Of a stretch of DNA of 64,000 nucleotides, positions 38,230 through 52,416 are shown in pieces (position 1 is the stretch's first letter; every line of letters begins with the position of its first letter). The position numbers were made by a program, and so were the translations under genes. The DNA is from Camelus dromedarius (taxonomy: Eukaryota): the NCBI RefSeq assembly GCF_036321535.1, contig NC_087436.1:102116001-102180000 (forward strand), written 5' to 3'. The notes beneath the pieces were generated by a model that was given only the letters and a program-made list of their open reading frames with translations, did no database searches and was not told the DNA's origin.

Positions 38230-38859
38230 TTCTCATTTGCCAGAATTTAGTCATTTGGCTACATATAGATTTAAATAAGACTTTTTTAAACTCACGTGCA
38301 CTGTACCATCGTTTGGCAAAAAGAATGTTGCCTACGTGTCCAGTAACTTTAAGGTAAATATTCTAGCTTGAACTCCTTGGCCATCTTCCTTCAAAAGACT
38401 AACAGAACTAAATCCATCATGCTTCACCTTTTGGTTTGCCTCAGTTACCACAGTTACCACAGTAACTGCAAGACTACATGGTCATCCAACAACTCCTGGC
38501 ATTTATCTCTAAGGATTTTTCAACTGATTTATCAGTCAATTGAAAAAATAAAAAATCTCTTATCTTTCTACTACCATGTCTAAAAACCTACTTCTGTCTA
38601 TATTCACATTCTCTATGTTCCTTCATATTACAAAAGAAACATAAGAAGGCTTTGCTGTATTAAAAAAAAAATCCTCTTCTTTGTTGTCAGATCCCATCAC
38701 TTGTAACATGTCAGGGACTTTTCTTTGCAGTTAATGTATGTATTGCTTTTATTGCAATAATATTCTGCCAGCATGCAAACATAAGTTACTACCTTCCATT
38801 AGATAAAACAAAACAATCAATCAAACAAAAAACTAAATAAAGCCTTAAACTTCAAGCCT

Positions 38860-40230
38860 ATATTCTGCTTCAATTACTGCCCAAATCCTCTGGTCCTATT
38901 CTTAGTAAAACACATTGCAACATATTTGCCTGGACTTGCTGCTTGCATTTCCTTCTTCCATTCCTATCAGTTCATCAGACTGTTCTTGATAACAGCGTCA
39001 GTGGTCTCTATTATGCCAGAAGTAAGAGTAACTGCTCTTCTCTTCTATCTGAAATTTTATCAGCCCTTGACAGTGTTGATCAAGCCCCTTATCTCTTAAG
39101 TAAAACACTATCTATTTCTTCTTTTCCTCCCACTTTACTAATTTATCCATTTAGCTTCCAATGCTTTTGTCTCTTTTTCATTTATTCTGTGGATGCAAGA
39201 GAAACCCAAATGATTTGTTCTGAATACTTTCTATTGTCTCTATACATGTATATAATTTTTTAAACTGGGGAGTTTCATCCATGTTTCTGGCTTTGACTAT
39301 AACATCAATGCAGATTGATCATCAAATTTCAGCTATAGCTCTGACTTTTCTTCCTAAACTTGAGTCTCATAGCAAGCTTGCTATTTACCATTTTCATTTG
39401 TAAGTCTGACATCTTAAACTTTGCATATGCAAAAACAGACTTCTTAAAAACCCTACAACTAAATCTTTCTTATTCTGCCTTCTTCATCTCAGGAATATCA
39501 GAATCATCCTACCAGTTGGCTAAACCACAAACCCCAGTTATGCTTGACTATCTCTTTCCCTTACTTCTCACATCCACTCTATTACAAAGTCTTGTTAAAA
39601 TAATGTACAAAATGATGAATGTTTCCAGTTCTTCCCCATCTCGACTGTCACTGCTGTTGTCTGAGCTTCTTTCATCTCTTGCCTATCTATTAAATAGACT
39701 CCCTGCTTCCAGTTATTCAAGCCTATAAATTATTCTTCCTATTTTGTCCTTTTAGAAGTTAAATCATATCATATTATTTGTTTGATTAAAATCCACTAAT
39801 AGTTCTTCCAATTGAAGCTAGTATTAGTCAATGTATCCTTTTAATGTCAGAGATGGAAATGCATATCAAGTTCATGCTTAGTTATTCTCTGATCTTTTCA
39901 TTTTCTCTTCACTTACCATATTCAAGTCATAATAGCATTCCTATTTTCTGAACACGTCAAACCATTCCTATTTCAAAATCTTTGCAGCTGACAGATCTGT
40001 CTGAGATATTCTCCAGATCTTCTCATGCCTGGACTCTTGAGACCATACCAATCTCAGTCCAAACGTTAGAGCCTCTGAGAGCCTTATCCTGACAAAATAT
40101 ATTAAGCGGCACCACCCTGCTCCCTCACTCTGTGATAACATCATCTCCTTGTATTGCCTTTTTAACAGTTACGACTAAATTTGTTTGTTTTGCTACTTTA
40201 TTTTATCTCTTTCTCTGATAGAAAGAAAAA
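38860..40230 (+). mobile_element. Decayed LINE-2
   Basis: Pyrimidine-rich L2-like text (cagcccttgacagtgttgatca, catccatgtttctggctttgactat, ttcttcatctcagg, gccttatcctgac). Confidence 0.5.
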
Positions 40231-40248
40231 TAGTTGAAAATAAATAGG

Positions 40249-40335
40249 GAACTTGTTAAAATTCAGATTCTAATTTAGTAGGTCTTGAGTTGCATCTGAG
40301 AGTCTGCATTTCTAACAAGCTCCCAGTTGAAGCAT
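40249..40335. mobile_element. MER5-type hAT fragment
   Basis: gaacttgttaaaattcagattct...agtaggtct...ctgagagtctgcatttctaacaagctcccag. Confidence 0.6.
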
Positions 40336-41244
40336 GTTTGTCTAGGGATTTCATGTTTCCCATTTTGTGTGTGTGTGTGTGTCTTCTTCTAGAAGTCTAT
40401 CGTAGTTGATTAGTTAGGGTTTGTTTGCAAAATATAACTAGGTTAAACATTGCATTAAAATCGACTTACAGATTCATTTAGTCTAAACAGACAGACTCTA
40501 TACAGGACCCTCAGAAAAGATTTCTAGAAGGTTGTCTCAGAAATGCACCCCAAGGGAGCTCATTGTACCCATAATGTCAAGATGTTACTTATGGAGAGGG
40601 AAAACGCTATTACAGTGGTTGGCTCCAGAATAATGATCCAGAATAATAATCTACAAAGTGGGAATCCATAATCACAGCTTCTGGCAACACTGCTCTGCTG
40701 AACACCTGTACTATGAATGACTCGTGCCCTGTTTCTCACCCATTTGATTCATTTCCAAATCAAGATTTACACAGTTATGTCAAAATTACACTCAGACTTC
40801 TTCTAGTTGTTAGGGAATCATAAAATTTGGCTTTTAGTTTTATAAGCTCTGCAGTACAAAAAGGCATTGTAGGAGGAGGTCAAAATGAATAAGTGAGTTA
40901 ATACAACTCATCTGTTCAAAACAGAAACAAGGCAGTTCTATTTGTGTCCCAAGAACTTAAACAGCTTTTGTTGAAAAATATCTTATGATTTTTACTTACT
41001 ATGCTTCTATTTTCTCCCTCTAGTTTCAATAGGACTCAAATGAAAATCCAATATGGATCTGAGTAGGAAAAAAGTAATTGTTAATGAAACAGAAAGTTTT
41101 ATTCTGAGTACATCCCTTTCTTCCAACAACCCAGAATTTTGGTGTATCAAGCTCAGAGTAAATTATTTCATGGGAGGATTACTCATTGTCCATGAAAAGC
41201 CACTGAGGTGCCTAGATCCACAAGTTTATCCACTCAAGTTTAAA

Positions 41245-41921
41245 TGTCACTGTTATGAGATAGGAAAAGTACACAGTCAGGGAATAGTCCCCACAAGACT
41301 GTCCTCACTGTAGAAACCATCTGCAAGTTTGGGTTTTCACAAGGCCACCCCTAATTCAGACCAGCTGGCTATAAATTAAAAGGTTTCCACAGTCACCTTC
41401 AGGTTCAATAAATCACTGGAACAAAAGTGCTATATAGTGCTATACTTATGATTACAGGATGCAAATTTGAACAGGCCAAAAAAAAAAAAAAAAAAAAAAA
41501 GACACGTAGGTTGAAGCCTGGTAGGGTTCAAATAAAAAGCTCACATGTCCTCAGGAATGAGACATGTATTACCATTCTGCCATCTATGAGTAAGAAGATA
41601 CACGAAGTATTGCTAATCAGTTACTTGAACTTTAGTCTCCTTAGTTTTGACTGGGGCTTCATTACATAGGCACAATTGAGTCATTTCTCATGTAGCCGGC
41701 AAAGCCCCAGCCTTTAAGTCACATGGCTGTTCTTTCTTGTATAGCCAGCTCCCAACCTGAGTCATCTGGTCATCATAAACTATCAGATGAGGTCCAGGAG
41801 CCCACACGAATAACAAAGACCCTCCTATAACTTGGGAAATTCCAAAGGTTTAGAGGTTATCTCCCAGGACCTGGGACACAGGACAGAACTCTCTTTGGGT
41901 AAAGTTTATTCTTCACTGCAG
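41245..41921 (-). mobile_element. MER77-like LTR
   Basis: ccacaagactgtcctcact...gggaaattccaaaggtttagaggttatctcccagga...ctctctttgggtaaagtttattcttcactgca. Confidence 0.65.
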
Positions 41922-42192
41922 AGTCATCTTTTCCGTGAAGTCATTCTTGACTTTCTTTTCTTATCCTTTAGGAGAATTTATTGTGCCTTTCCTTGTGCTA
42001 CCAAGTCATATTATAATATCTTTGTACAAAACCAACTGTTTAAGAGTTTCTGGCTCATGTCTCTGTCTCCCCTGCCAGGTGGTGGGTTCCTGGAGAGCAA
42101 GAACTGGTCAATTTTGATACTCTTAGAATCTGAAATGGTATTTGGCACATAAAATAATCTCTGTATCTTCCTCTTCATTGTTCTTTCTGTGT

Positions 42193-42201
42193 ACACACAC
42201 A

Positions 42202-42236
<35 letters not shown>
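42193..42236 (+). repeat. (CA)n microsatellite
   Basis: Direct reading; one interruption. Confidence 0.95.
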
Positions 42237-42238
<2 letters not shown>

Positions 42239-43177
42239 GGAAGAAGGTAGGTTGTCCAAAGAAATTTTATCATACCTACATTTTAAAAAATCTTAAAAAT
42301 AAGCCTTGTTAATAAACAATTATAAATTACACCATTCAAAGAATGGTTTCTTTATTTTGAGCATTTAAATTGATAATTCCCATTTATTGATGATGTTGAT
42401 GAAACAGGGTATAGGTATGGAAAGTGGAAGAGAAAGTACATACATTCTGGAGTTCCGGGGGTGCCTGGACTACATGACCAGCTCACACTGTGAAGGAGGC
42501 CGTGAAACTTCTAAAATGCGTGTAAAATTCTTTCTCCATACTCCCTAAACACAGTGCTTTCCTTTCAAAGCACAGTTTGACCAGGATAATTGACTTACTG
42601 GCAAATAGTTTTGATCTAAAAATTGAGTGAGCTCTTCTATAATTGGCTTTAATATAGTTGTAAAACAGGAAGGTAAAAGCTTTCTTTCAAGAAGACTTGG
42701 AAAAGTACTAATGCAGTAAATAGCACATTTGATGCTTCTATTAAACCTCTTTGCTTAAATGGAAATTGACTATATAACTGTGTTTTCACACTCTAAGCTT
42801 TTTAACATTTGAGTAGTAACATGGATAATAAGATTCTGCATATTGAGGTTTTATGGAAATAGAACACTTTCAGTTCAAACACTAGAATATCTATAAATGG
42901 GAATTTAATTACAGTAAGATTATGCCAACAACTTTTGTAGTTTTTGTGACTATAGGAAAATATTCTTTATCTAATGTTACAAGACAATTCAAATCTAAGT
43001 ACCAATATCCAAGAAAAGCTAAGAAAGTCTGATGCTTCAATCGTTATGAAAGAGTTAAGACTTACTATATAATATAAAATTAGAATTTATGATGATACAT
43101 TTTAAATTCTGCTTCACATTTTTCTTGCTTTCAGGGTCTTATTTTATCTAAATATGAGTCATTTTAAATAGGCTAAG

Positions 43178-43579
43178 TGTCAGCTTATGTACTCAATTCC
43201 AAGTTCATATTCTGAAGCCCCAACACCCCATGTGGCTGTTACGTGGAGACAGGGCTTCCAGGAGGTAATTAAGATTTAGATGACATAAAAAAGATAAGAT
43301 CCTAATCCCGTAGAATTGGAGGACTTGTAGAAAAAGAGAGATCTCTTTCTTTGTCTCTAGCTCTCTGTCTCTCCCCTCTGGATGCACTGAGAAAGGCCGT
43401 GTGAGAACATAGCAAGAGGGCAGTTGTCTGTAACACAGGAGAGTCCTCACCAGTAAACAGATTGGCTGGCACTTTGCTCTTGGACTTCTCAGTCACCAGA
43501 ACTTTGAGAAATAAACTTCTGTTTCTTAAACCACCTAGTCAATGGTATTTTATTATGGCAACTCAAGCTGATTAAGACA
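43178..43579 (+). mobile_element. MLT1A-type MaLR LTR
   Basis: gaggtaattaag...gccgtgtgagaacatagcaagag...cttggacttctcag...gagaaataaacttctgtttcttaaaccacctagtcaatggtattttattatggca...taagaca. Confidence 0.75.
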
Positions 43580-44754
43580 GTCATAAACATTTCTAAATGT
43601 ATATAACATATAATTTTATTCACATTTAACATAAAATGCTAAATATTTAGCTTCTTATTTAAATGAGAAACCTAAGCATATTTTAGAATATATTATGATA
43701 TTACACTTTTTTTCATTTATTCATTTATTTTTTTCCTTCATCTGGATTTGGTTCTGATACAGGGTTGTGAAGATTAATTAAAGATAAATGTATATAATGT
43801 TGTTATATGATTTGCAACAGCAGGGAGGTCTTCAGGAAAATTATAGTGCCTTTTTATTGCCAAACAGACTTAATTTAAGAAAAACAGAGGAAAAGGTGAA
43901 GATGAGGTTCACAGGGAGATGATTTATGAATATAAGTGTATTCTCATTTAATTCTTATAAAAAATCTTGCAAAAGTAGTATGGAATGGTCCAATGCAGGA
44001 TCGAGATTGCGTCTGTGTTAGATGAGTGACCTGTAGCAAGTCACCCAAACTTCATCTACCTCAGGTTTCTAACCTGCTAAAAAGGAATGATAAGGTTAAC
44101 CCACTGTTTATATATCTCTATTTTACAGAAATTAAGTATGATTTAACATGTCAGCTACTTTGTGGCAAAGCATAAATTCAGTATCAAACCCTTTTGATTC
44201 AAAACTTCTGAATTTCTGCTAAAACAATTACTCATCCTGTGATCACCACAAGCTTCAAAAGCTGAGACTAGGAAGGAAAACCCATACACCCGTAACCACT
44301 CATACATATTTCAGCAGGCTAGCTTTGTTTCATTTCTTGAAATCTCAGAAATCAGAAAATAATATCATTTGTGTCACTTTTGAGCAATGAGAAAGAGTGT
44401 CTAGGATATGTTTAGAGGCAACACTGGATCTGTAGGACAGACTGGGAGAATCCTGATCTGGTGGAGTGGAAGGGAAGGAAGGAAGAAAAAGAAAGGCACA
44501 AGTGTGTCACACTGAAGGAGAAATGTAACATAAGATCCATGGGGCAGGTATGGAGTCATATTTCCTTTGTCCGAATCCCTATTGTCTGAAGTTGTAGTAT
44601 AAATTTCATGAGCTGCTATAGGTAGATCGGATAGCAAAATGCGTGACATATATTAACCATTATATAAAGTGTAATTTAAAAAATAGTGTTTTAAAATGAA
44701 ATCAAATTAGTCTTTAGTATTACTGTGGGAAAATGTCTATTTTGTGAAAATACC

Positions 44755-45203
44755 ATTATGGGTTGAATTGTGTACCCCCAAAAGTCAAATTCTTGAACCC
44801 CAGGACCTATGAATGTGACCTTATTTGGAAGTAGAGTCTTTGCAGATTTAATTAAGATGAGATCATTAAGGTTGGGACCTTCCCAATGTGACTGATGTTT
44901 TTATAAGAAGATACTGTAATGCACAGGGAAGGTAGCAAGTAAAAAAAAAAACAGAGGCAGAGACTGGAGTAACACACCTGTAAGACAAGGAGTCCCAGTG
45001 GTTGCTAGTAGTCACCAGAAGCTAGGGAAGAGCCAGTAAACAGATCCCTCTTCAGAGTCCTCAGAAATAAGCAACAATGCCAAAACTTTAATTTTTAGCA
45101 ACTTCTAGAACTTCAGCTTTCAGATATATAAAACAATCAATTCCATTACTTAAGTCTCCTAGATTGAGGTACTTTGTAAAAGAAACCCTAGGAAACTAAT
45201 GCA
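44755..45203 (+). mobile_element. MLT1B/C MaLR LTR
   Basis: ttatgggttgaattgtgtaccccca...gaatgtgaccttatttggaagtagagtctttgcagat...caccagaagctagg...ctaggaaactaatgca. Confidence 0.75.
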
Positions 45204-45574
45204 AAGAAATAACATTAGTCACTGAGTCTGATGTGACTAATACTTTTTATTCTAAGACAATTTTTTAACTTTGTGAACCTCATAAATTTCAAAAAAACTT
45301 AAAGATATATTAATTGAAAAAGGCAGAAGAAAACTGTACTAAATTGTGAAAATTTGCTTTTCTGGCAATGAGTTGCAGAACATGTTAATTGACTGTGTTT
45401 GGTTATTGTACATAGACTGCTCCAAAATGAATAATTCTTCCTTGAATTAGAGCACAATTTCTGAGGTCTGACTCCCTTTCCTGTATTTGAAATTTAATGT
45501 GGCACTATGGATAGTGCATATGGGTATATGGTAATGTTTCCTTAAGCACACAGTTTTCTGGAATATTATTTGAA

Positions 45575-45600
45575 TGTGTGTGTGTGTGTGTGTGTGTGTG
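45575..45600 (+). repeat. (TG)n microsatellite
   Basis: Direct reading. Confidence 0.9.
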
Positions 45601-45928
45601 CAACGGAAGATTCTTACAAGTAGAGAAGACTGGCAATTATTTGATCTCGGAATTTTTTGACCTTGAGTAAGTTAACTTGTTTATTCATCAGTTTCCTCTT
45701 CTATCAGAAATGGTGGTAAGAAAAGAACCTACTTCATAGGATTGCTGTAAGAATATTAAGTGCTTAGAACATACATTAACTATCATCACCACCACCATCA
45801 TCATTATCATAATCACCACCATCTAATGGGTTGTATGATGCAGACTTTCCCATCCTGTGACCAAACTTTGCTGAGATCACATTAGTGATTTGCCTATTCC
45901 TGATAGGTGGATTGGAAGAGAAACAGTA

Positions 45929-46438
45929 CACATGGTCCTCCACTTAGGATAGTTAGACTTAATTATTTTTCAACTTTATGATGGTGCTAAAGTAATACTT
46001 AGTAGAAACATACTGTGAACTTTAAATTTAACCTTTTCTTGGGCTAGCACTACACAGTATGATACACTCTTGTGATGTCAGGCAGGGGCAGCAAGCTGCA
46101 GCTCTGAGTCAGCCACATGATCGTGAAGGTAGGTAAACAACTGATACACTTACAACCATCTATGTCCACAAAACCAATCCGTTTTTTACTCTCCATACAG
46201 TATTCAATAAATTGCAAGAAATAATCAATACTACATTATACAATAGGCTTCCAGTTAGATGATTTCACCCAACAGTAGGATAATGCGAATATTCTGAGCA
46301 TGTTTTAGATAGGTTAAGCTAAGCTAAGCTATGACGTTTGATAGGTTAGGTGTATTAACTGCATTTTCAACTTATGATATTTTCCACTTAAAATGGGTTT
46401 ACCCAGACATAACTCCATCATAAAACCAGGAAGATTTG
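45929..46438 (-). mobile_element. MER47/Tigger5-type TcMar MITE with TA target duplication
   Basis: ta|cacatggtcctccacttaggat ... gctaagctatgacgtttgataggttaggtgtattaactgcattttcaacttatgatattttc ... gaagatttg|ta. Confidence 0.75.
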
Positions 46439-49400
46439 TATTTCTTTCCAACCCATGGACAAGTAAAGAATGACTCTTTGAAAAAAAGAAGGCTGGCTTT
46501 ATTGTTAATGAGCAGGAAACTTTGTATGATGGCCCACTCATTAATTCATTTATTTAACTAATATTTACTGATCATATAGCTACATGTTCAGCATTTTCTA
46601 GACTGGAAATAAATCAGTGAATGACATAGATAAATATATCTGACTTTATAAGAATTATAGTGCCTACTCTAAGAAGTATGTGCATGGTGTTAGTTTTCCT
46701 GTGATTCAAGACAAAAGAGACAAAAAACCCCAAAAATCCATGGTCCCTCACAGCCTCTAAATACATGCAATAACTTTAATAAAATGATATTTTCTAATAG
46801 AGTAAAGCATGTTGAAGACTCATTAAATTTCCTGTCAAGGGATTTTTACAGGAAATCTTCAGGTTCAATTCCCTAATTACACAGGCCAGAGCTGAAACCC
46901 AGAGAAAGGGAGCAAAGCACTCTTGTCTCAAATTCCATGTCAGAACTGGACCCAGCACCAGACATCACTGATGCCCAATCAAGATTCTGGTCTCCAAGAC
47001 GGACAACCACACGACCACTCATTGCTGGCGGTGAGCCAGACACTCCAGTAATTAGTGTGTTCTGTTAGACTAGAGCATCCAAGTGCAAGCACCTGGATTG
47101 CTGTTAGGCAGATTGCACAGCCATCAGCCTAGAGAGGAGATATTAAAACCGAGATTCTAATTCAGTAATTCTATGGATCCCAAAAACTCAAAAAAAAAAA
47201 AGTTTAACTTTTCCACAGAAAGATCCAGAGTTATTGTGAGTAAAATGTTCAGCACTGAAAAGTTAATGCCAGCAAAGAATCTTATTTAGAAGGAATTCTT
47301 TTTGGATAAACTATAAGTTTCATGTGTTTGGGTACTGAAAGACAGTGGAAAATATCATTCAGGTGACGGAATTTTGCCTAATTCAGCAAACAGAATGTTA
47401 ATAATGTCTCTTCAGAAGTTTCCTTTGAACAATGCCCTGCTGAACCATTCAGGATAAAAATGATATCCAGCATTCTTTGAAATGGCAAACTGAGTTATAT
47501 GTACCACTGACATATTTATTATATGTATTACAGAAACAATGTAATTAGGTATGCTATTATAATAAGTGAGGTCACTGCAAGTATCAATAAAAACGTTTTT
47601 AACACAAAATGTACAGAGACTAATCCAAAATCTAAGGAAGTGAAAACTGAAAGCCAATGAAATCTAGAAATATTCAGTTAAAATATGTGTATGTAAAACA
47701 ATGCTTTACAAACTTTGTCATGTCATCTGACATTGACACATTATCTATGGATGTAAAGGCAGTTTGAGGTAATATGTGTTAATAGAAAGCCTGTGGATAT
47801 ATATTCATATTTTGAAGTAGAACCACCTTCTTTAGTGGATTGGATTATGTGGTATTGTGGGACACACAAATTTTAAAATGTGATTATAAAGAAAGTAAAA
47901 AATAAGCCTTTTACCAAAAGATTTATACCACTTTTATATTGCCTCAAGAACAGCTGCCCCAAAAAGCACCCCAACTTTTTTCAGAACTTATATTGTTTGG
48001 AAATACTACCATCATTAATATCAAGAATACAATGACTTCTATTTAAAAAAAAAAAAAAGAAAGTTTTGCAAAGAAAGCAAAAATTGGTAAGTAAGAACCA
48101 TTTGCTGGTGTTGCAAAAAATTGTAATAAATCATTTTGTGTTCGTGTAGAATGCTCATTCTCACCATTAATAACAAACAATTTCCACAGGAAAACTTCTT
48201 TCAATGGATTACACTGAGTGCTCATTAGTGCAGTAATGTCCCCAAAGAAAAATCAGACCAGCTGACTTTCAACACTGTGAATTCGAACACCAGAGGGGAG
48301 TAAGAAGAACGAGGCTTCTTCACCTTTGGTTTTATTAAACAATAGACATCGGACCAAGTTAGAAAGAGGAACGCATAAGCTTTTCTTCCCACAGGTTAAG
48401 AAATCAAAAGGATGGTGATAATTATACTGGGGGAAAAAGAAACCAAAACCCAAACCAAAAAGCAATAATAAAGTTCAGTAGTTAGAAGTATTTTTTTCAA
48501 AAAAAATTCATAGGATTTTGAAACAAACTGACTTAATAAATAACTTAAGATTTTTTGCTGATTGTAGTTTCTGTATTCTAATATATAGACTTTGCAGGAA
48601 AAGTAGGGTTCTTTTCACTTTTTCATTTTATCTTAAAAATCTACACATCTTGAACACATACAAAAAAAGCATCATTTTGTCTAGATAATCAAAATTATCT
48701 AGAATTAATATATATCCTATAATGATTGCAGAACAGTCTTGGTGGTGTCCTTGGGTTTGATACAATTCAGAGAAAATTCAAGTTGTCAGTGGTGCAAAGA
48801 AGTGTCTAAGACCAGATCCTTGATGACTGTATGACTCCATTTTTATATGCCTGAAATATGATTATTTCATTGTAATTTCAATTTGTCATCAGAACTATAA
48901 AGAATCAGGAAAAACTATCTACTTATATAAGATATCTTGAAGTAAAGTACATCTAAGACTTCTTTTCAGCAGCTCAGCAAATTCAGACCTGTTTCTTACA
49001 GGCCCACGTACGATTTTCTTGGCACTTTTCTCAGAGCCACATGATGGTTGCAGCTGTTTCCAACCAGCATATTCTTTCAGGAAACAAAATATATATTAAA
49101 AATGCCCCAAGTCAGAAAAAATGAATGCCTGTACCTTATGTCCAGTTTCCCATTGGTTGTTCAGAATATTTTTCATCACATCTCCTGGATTTATCTGAGT
49201 CATTTGACTATGTGTACGCTACTATTTGACACAGAGAATGAGAACACCACAAATGGCCTCTAAACAAGATTCACATTTTGCTGGATGCCCCAGTTCTCCT
49301 GAAAGATAGTGCTTTCTGTTCTGATAAATATGAGTGAATCTATCACAATACTTAAATCTAGGATTTGTGGCATAACAAGTTTATTTTTCAATGGAATTTT

Positions 49401-49827
49401 TATAAGACAATAAAAGCAAAATATACTGAAAATTCAAGTAATTGCATAAATAAACTTGGACCCAAAAGGTCCAAGAGATTGAAACTTTGTCTGGCAGAAA
49501 TTATCACTTTAAGTTAGCTTGAAATTCTGTATAGCTAAACCATTCAAGTTTAAATTAATTCATGGCAGTGAGTTAGAAAGTGTATATGGTGTAAAAGAAA
49601 AAACTATCATATCAGTACTTATGTTATACTGAAGTTTTTGTTATATTATTAAATACATTTCCAAATTAAAAAAGAAAGTTAAGTTCAAAAGTCAGCCCAT
49701 GCTGATTTTTAATAATGCAAGCAAATTTCTATGAGTAAATAGAATAACGAAGTTCTGGGAGTCTCTTGGGAGTGTATAAATGCTTCAGCCGTTCCTACAA
49801 ACTTTCAATTTACTCTTGACTCATAAC

Positions 49828-50890
49828 TATTTATTAACCAAACAAATATATGTTAATTGATTATTATAGATGAGAGACAGAATGTAACTACAGATGTAGC
49901 CTCTGCTCTTATGATCCTTACAGTCTGGAGAGACAGACAAGTATACCATCGAAACAGAAAAAATTGTGGTGAGTGTTACCATAGGGAATATAGTGTGCTG
50001 TGGAAACACATGGTGAAAGCTACTCATCTTGTCTGCAGGGCATCGGAGGTTTCACAGAGGAAGCAAGATGTATAATTTAATCTGAAGACTGGGTCATCAG
50101 GTGAAGGGGGAAGATAAAGCAGAACAGCACAAACAATGTTCTGAAGGCAGAAAAGAACATTGCTGTTTCTAATGGAAACTTAATATGGCTGGAAAGGAAG
50201 GTTTTGAAGGGAAGATGTGAAATATATCTGTACATACAATCTGCACTCCCAAATACAGAAGAGGCTTATAGAGCTCCTGAAAGAATTTGGATTTCATTCT
50301 AAGGACAATGAGATGTCATCTAATGGTTTTAATGTCAAGCAAGTTTGTATTACAGAAATATTTCTCTGCCTGTATGAAAGCAGGGTTATTGTATACAAAC
50401 TGGAGGCAAAGTTGGTATGCTGCTTTAATAACCCAGGTGAGACATAATAGCCTTCTGAATAAGGCAAAAGGAAGGGGATTATAAAAGTAAATATATTGGG
50501 GAAAATTTTAAGTGCAAGCATCCAAAAACGTTAAAGACGAAATAGACATAGGAGGTGAAGAAAAATGAGGCGTTAAGGCTGATTCTGAATTTCCTGCTTT
50601 GTGTTATCACTTAATATTGATGTTACTCACTAAGATATGGAATTCAGAAGTTTGCTGAAAATAACTTATTCTCTTTTTGCATGTTGAATTTTTGGTACTT
50701 AGGTGATTTAAAAATTTGATTTCCTGACCTTGTTGAATGTAAGGATCCAGAGCCCAGAAGAGAGGTCACAACTAAAGACTCATTTATAAGCCATCTGGTA
50801 TGGATGTATTTTGAAATTTAGAAATTAGATGATATTGTCCAGGGAAGATGTGTGCTATAACTAAGAATAGGAAAGGAGAGAAGAGAAATG
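49828..50890 (-). mobile_element. Decayed LINE-2
   Basis: tatttattaaccaaacaaatat...ctctgctcttatgatccttacagtct...gaatttggatttcattctaagg...gcatgttgaattt. Confidence 0.5.
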
Positions 50891-50996
50891 GCTTCTAGAT
50901 AGTATTCTAAAGAACATCTAAAGATAGTATTCTAAAGAACATTCACCCACTGAAACAAAACCAAAAAAAAAAAAAAAAAGATTTTTGCCTAACACT

Positions 50997-51467
50997 TAGT
51001 TACATTTTTTTGACTATTAAAAAATGACCACAAACTTCGTGGACAAGGAACAACAGAAATGCTTTCTCTTACAATTATGAAGGCCAAAATTCTGAAATCA
51101 GTATCACTGGGCCACAGTCAATATTTTGGTGGGGTCAAATAGTCTTCAGAGGCTCTGGGGATGGATTCTGTTCCTTGCCTCTTTCAACTTCTTGTGACTT
51201 CCAGCATTACTTGAATTACAGCTGCATCATTAAAATCTCTGCGGTCACACTACCCTTCTCTTCTGTGTAGTCAAATATATCTCTGCTGCCAATTTTATAA
51301 AGGATGTATGTGGTTGTATTTATGGCTCACTTAGATAATCCAGGATAATATTCCTGTTAAGTTCTTAATCACATCTGCAAAGTCTTTGCTGTCATATCAG
51401 GTAGCGTTCACAAGCCCAAAGTTTAGAATGTAAATTAATTTGGGGGGCCATTATTTAATCTACTACA
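50997..51467 (-). mobile_element. MLT1C/D MaLR LTR
   Basis: accacaaacttcgtgg...ctcttacaattatgaaggccaaaattctgaaatcag...gttccttgcctctttcaacttct...gataatccaggataat...ttaatcacatctgcaaagtc...ggggggccattatt...ctactaca. Confidence 0.75.
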
Positions 51468-52344
51468 TCTGCTATAAAGAAAATGCTATTTTCTCTGCTT
51501 ATATGGAGCTCATAAGAAGGACTGAGACAAAAATGAAATTAATTCATGGCAGACAGTGTCAAATGCCATTCAAATTAGCCAAATTGAGTTAGTTATATAG
51601 AAATTCATAGATAGAAGGATCATATTTAATTAGAATTTTTGGAAATAGTTCAGAATCTACAAAGCAAAACAGAATAATATTTTCTTATAAGAAACTATAT
51701 TAAAGGGCTTTAAGAAGATGACAGATTAGGAGGCAAGAAGAATCTGTCTCCCCACCTAGACAAAAATTACACCTGTAGGATCAATCTGATGGAACCATTT
51801 TGGAACTCTGGAGTCTACTGAAGACTTACAACCTCCAGAGTAATATTTGGACCATAAATGAATTATGATTAATTTCCATGAATTTTAGCTTTTAGCAGAA
51901 TAGCAGCTATTGATCCTCTACCTCTAGCCACATGACGAGCTGCTGTTCACACATATAGATTGTGGAAGTCAGGATGGAGAAAAAGAGCTCTGTTTTCTAA
52001 ATAAAAGGGATTTATACTCTCATCACTGATTGCTGCTTCTGATAACAGAGGTGCAGACAAAGGCAGGGAATTGTTGTCACACCTTCCTCCATTGTTTCAG
52101 GTCCCTCTGCTTATGACTGAATAGATTTACAGGGAATTTAAAAGACCAACATCTTAACCCTTCTCTTTCATCTTTGCCTTATATTCTTTAAGAGTCAGAC
52201 ATTAAGAACCACAGTATTCAAAACAATTGCATACATGGAAGAAATTAGAACGTAATACATGCCCAGAGAAATCTTATAAAGACCTGGGAAGACCTTAAAT
52301 TTATACTCAGAATTATCTTCAGCACAAAAACAGCCTACAACAAG

Positions 52345-52380
52345 TGAATGAATGAATGAATGAATGAATGAATGAATGAA

Positions 52381-52414
<34 letters not shown>
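52345..52414 (+). repeat. Compound (TGAA)n(TAAA)n microsatellite
   Basis: Direct reading; lies inside the L1M 5' region. Confidence 0.95.

Positions 52415-52416
<2 letters not shown>

Larger units (their letters stand above)
36830..38275 (-). mobile_element. Old MLT1 (J/K-like) LTR, fragmented by the two insertions listed next
   Basis: aacagtggcttgagg...tttcttatccatgtgacaggag (36896-36945). Resumes at ~37270-37460, and again with tctcatttgccagaatttagtcatttggctaca (38231-38263). Confidence 0.4.

Noticed and set aside
48680..48703. Hairpin tctagataat-caaa-attatctaga
   Set aside because: A 10-bp AT-rich stem is expected by chance and has no terminator or ncRNA context.
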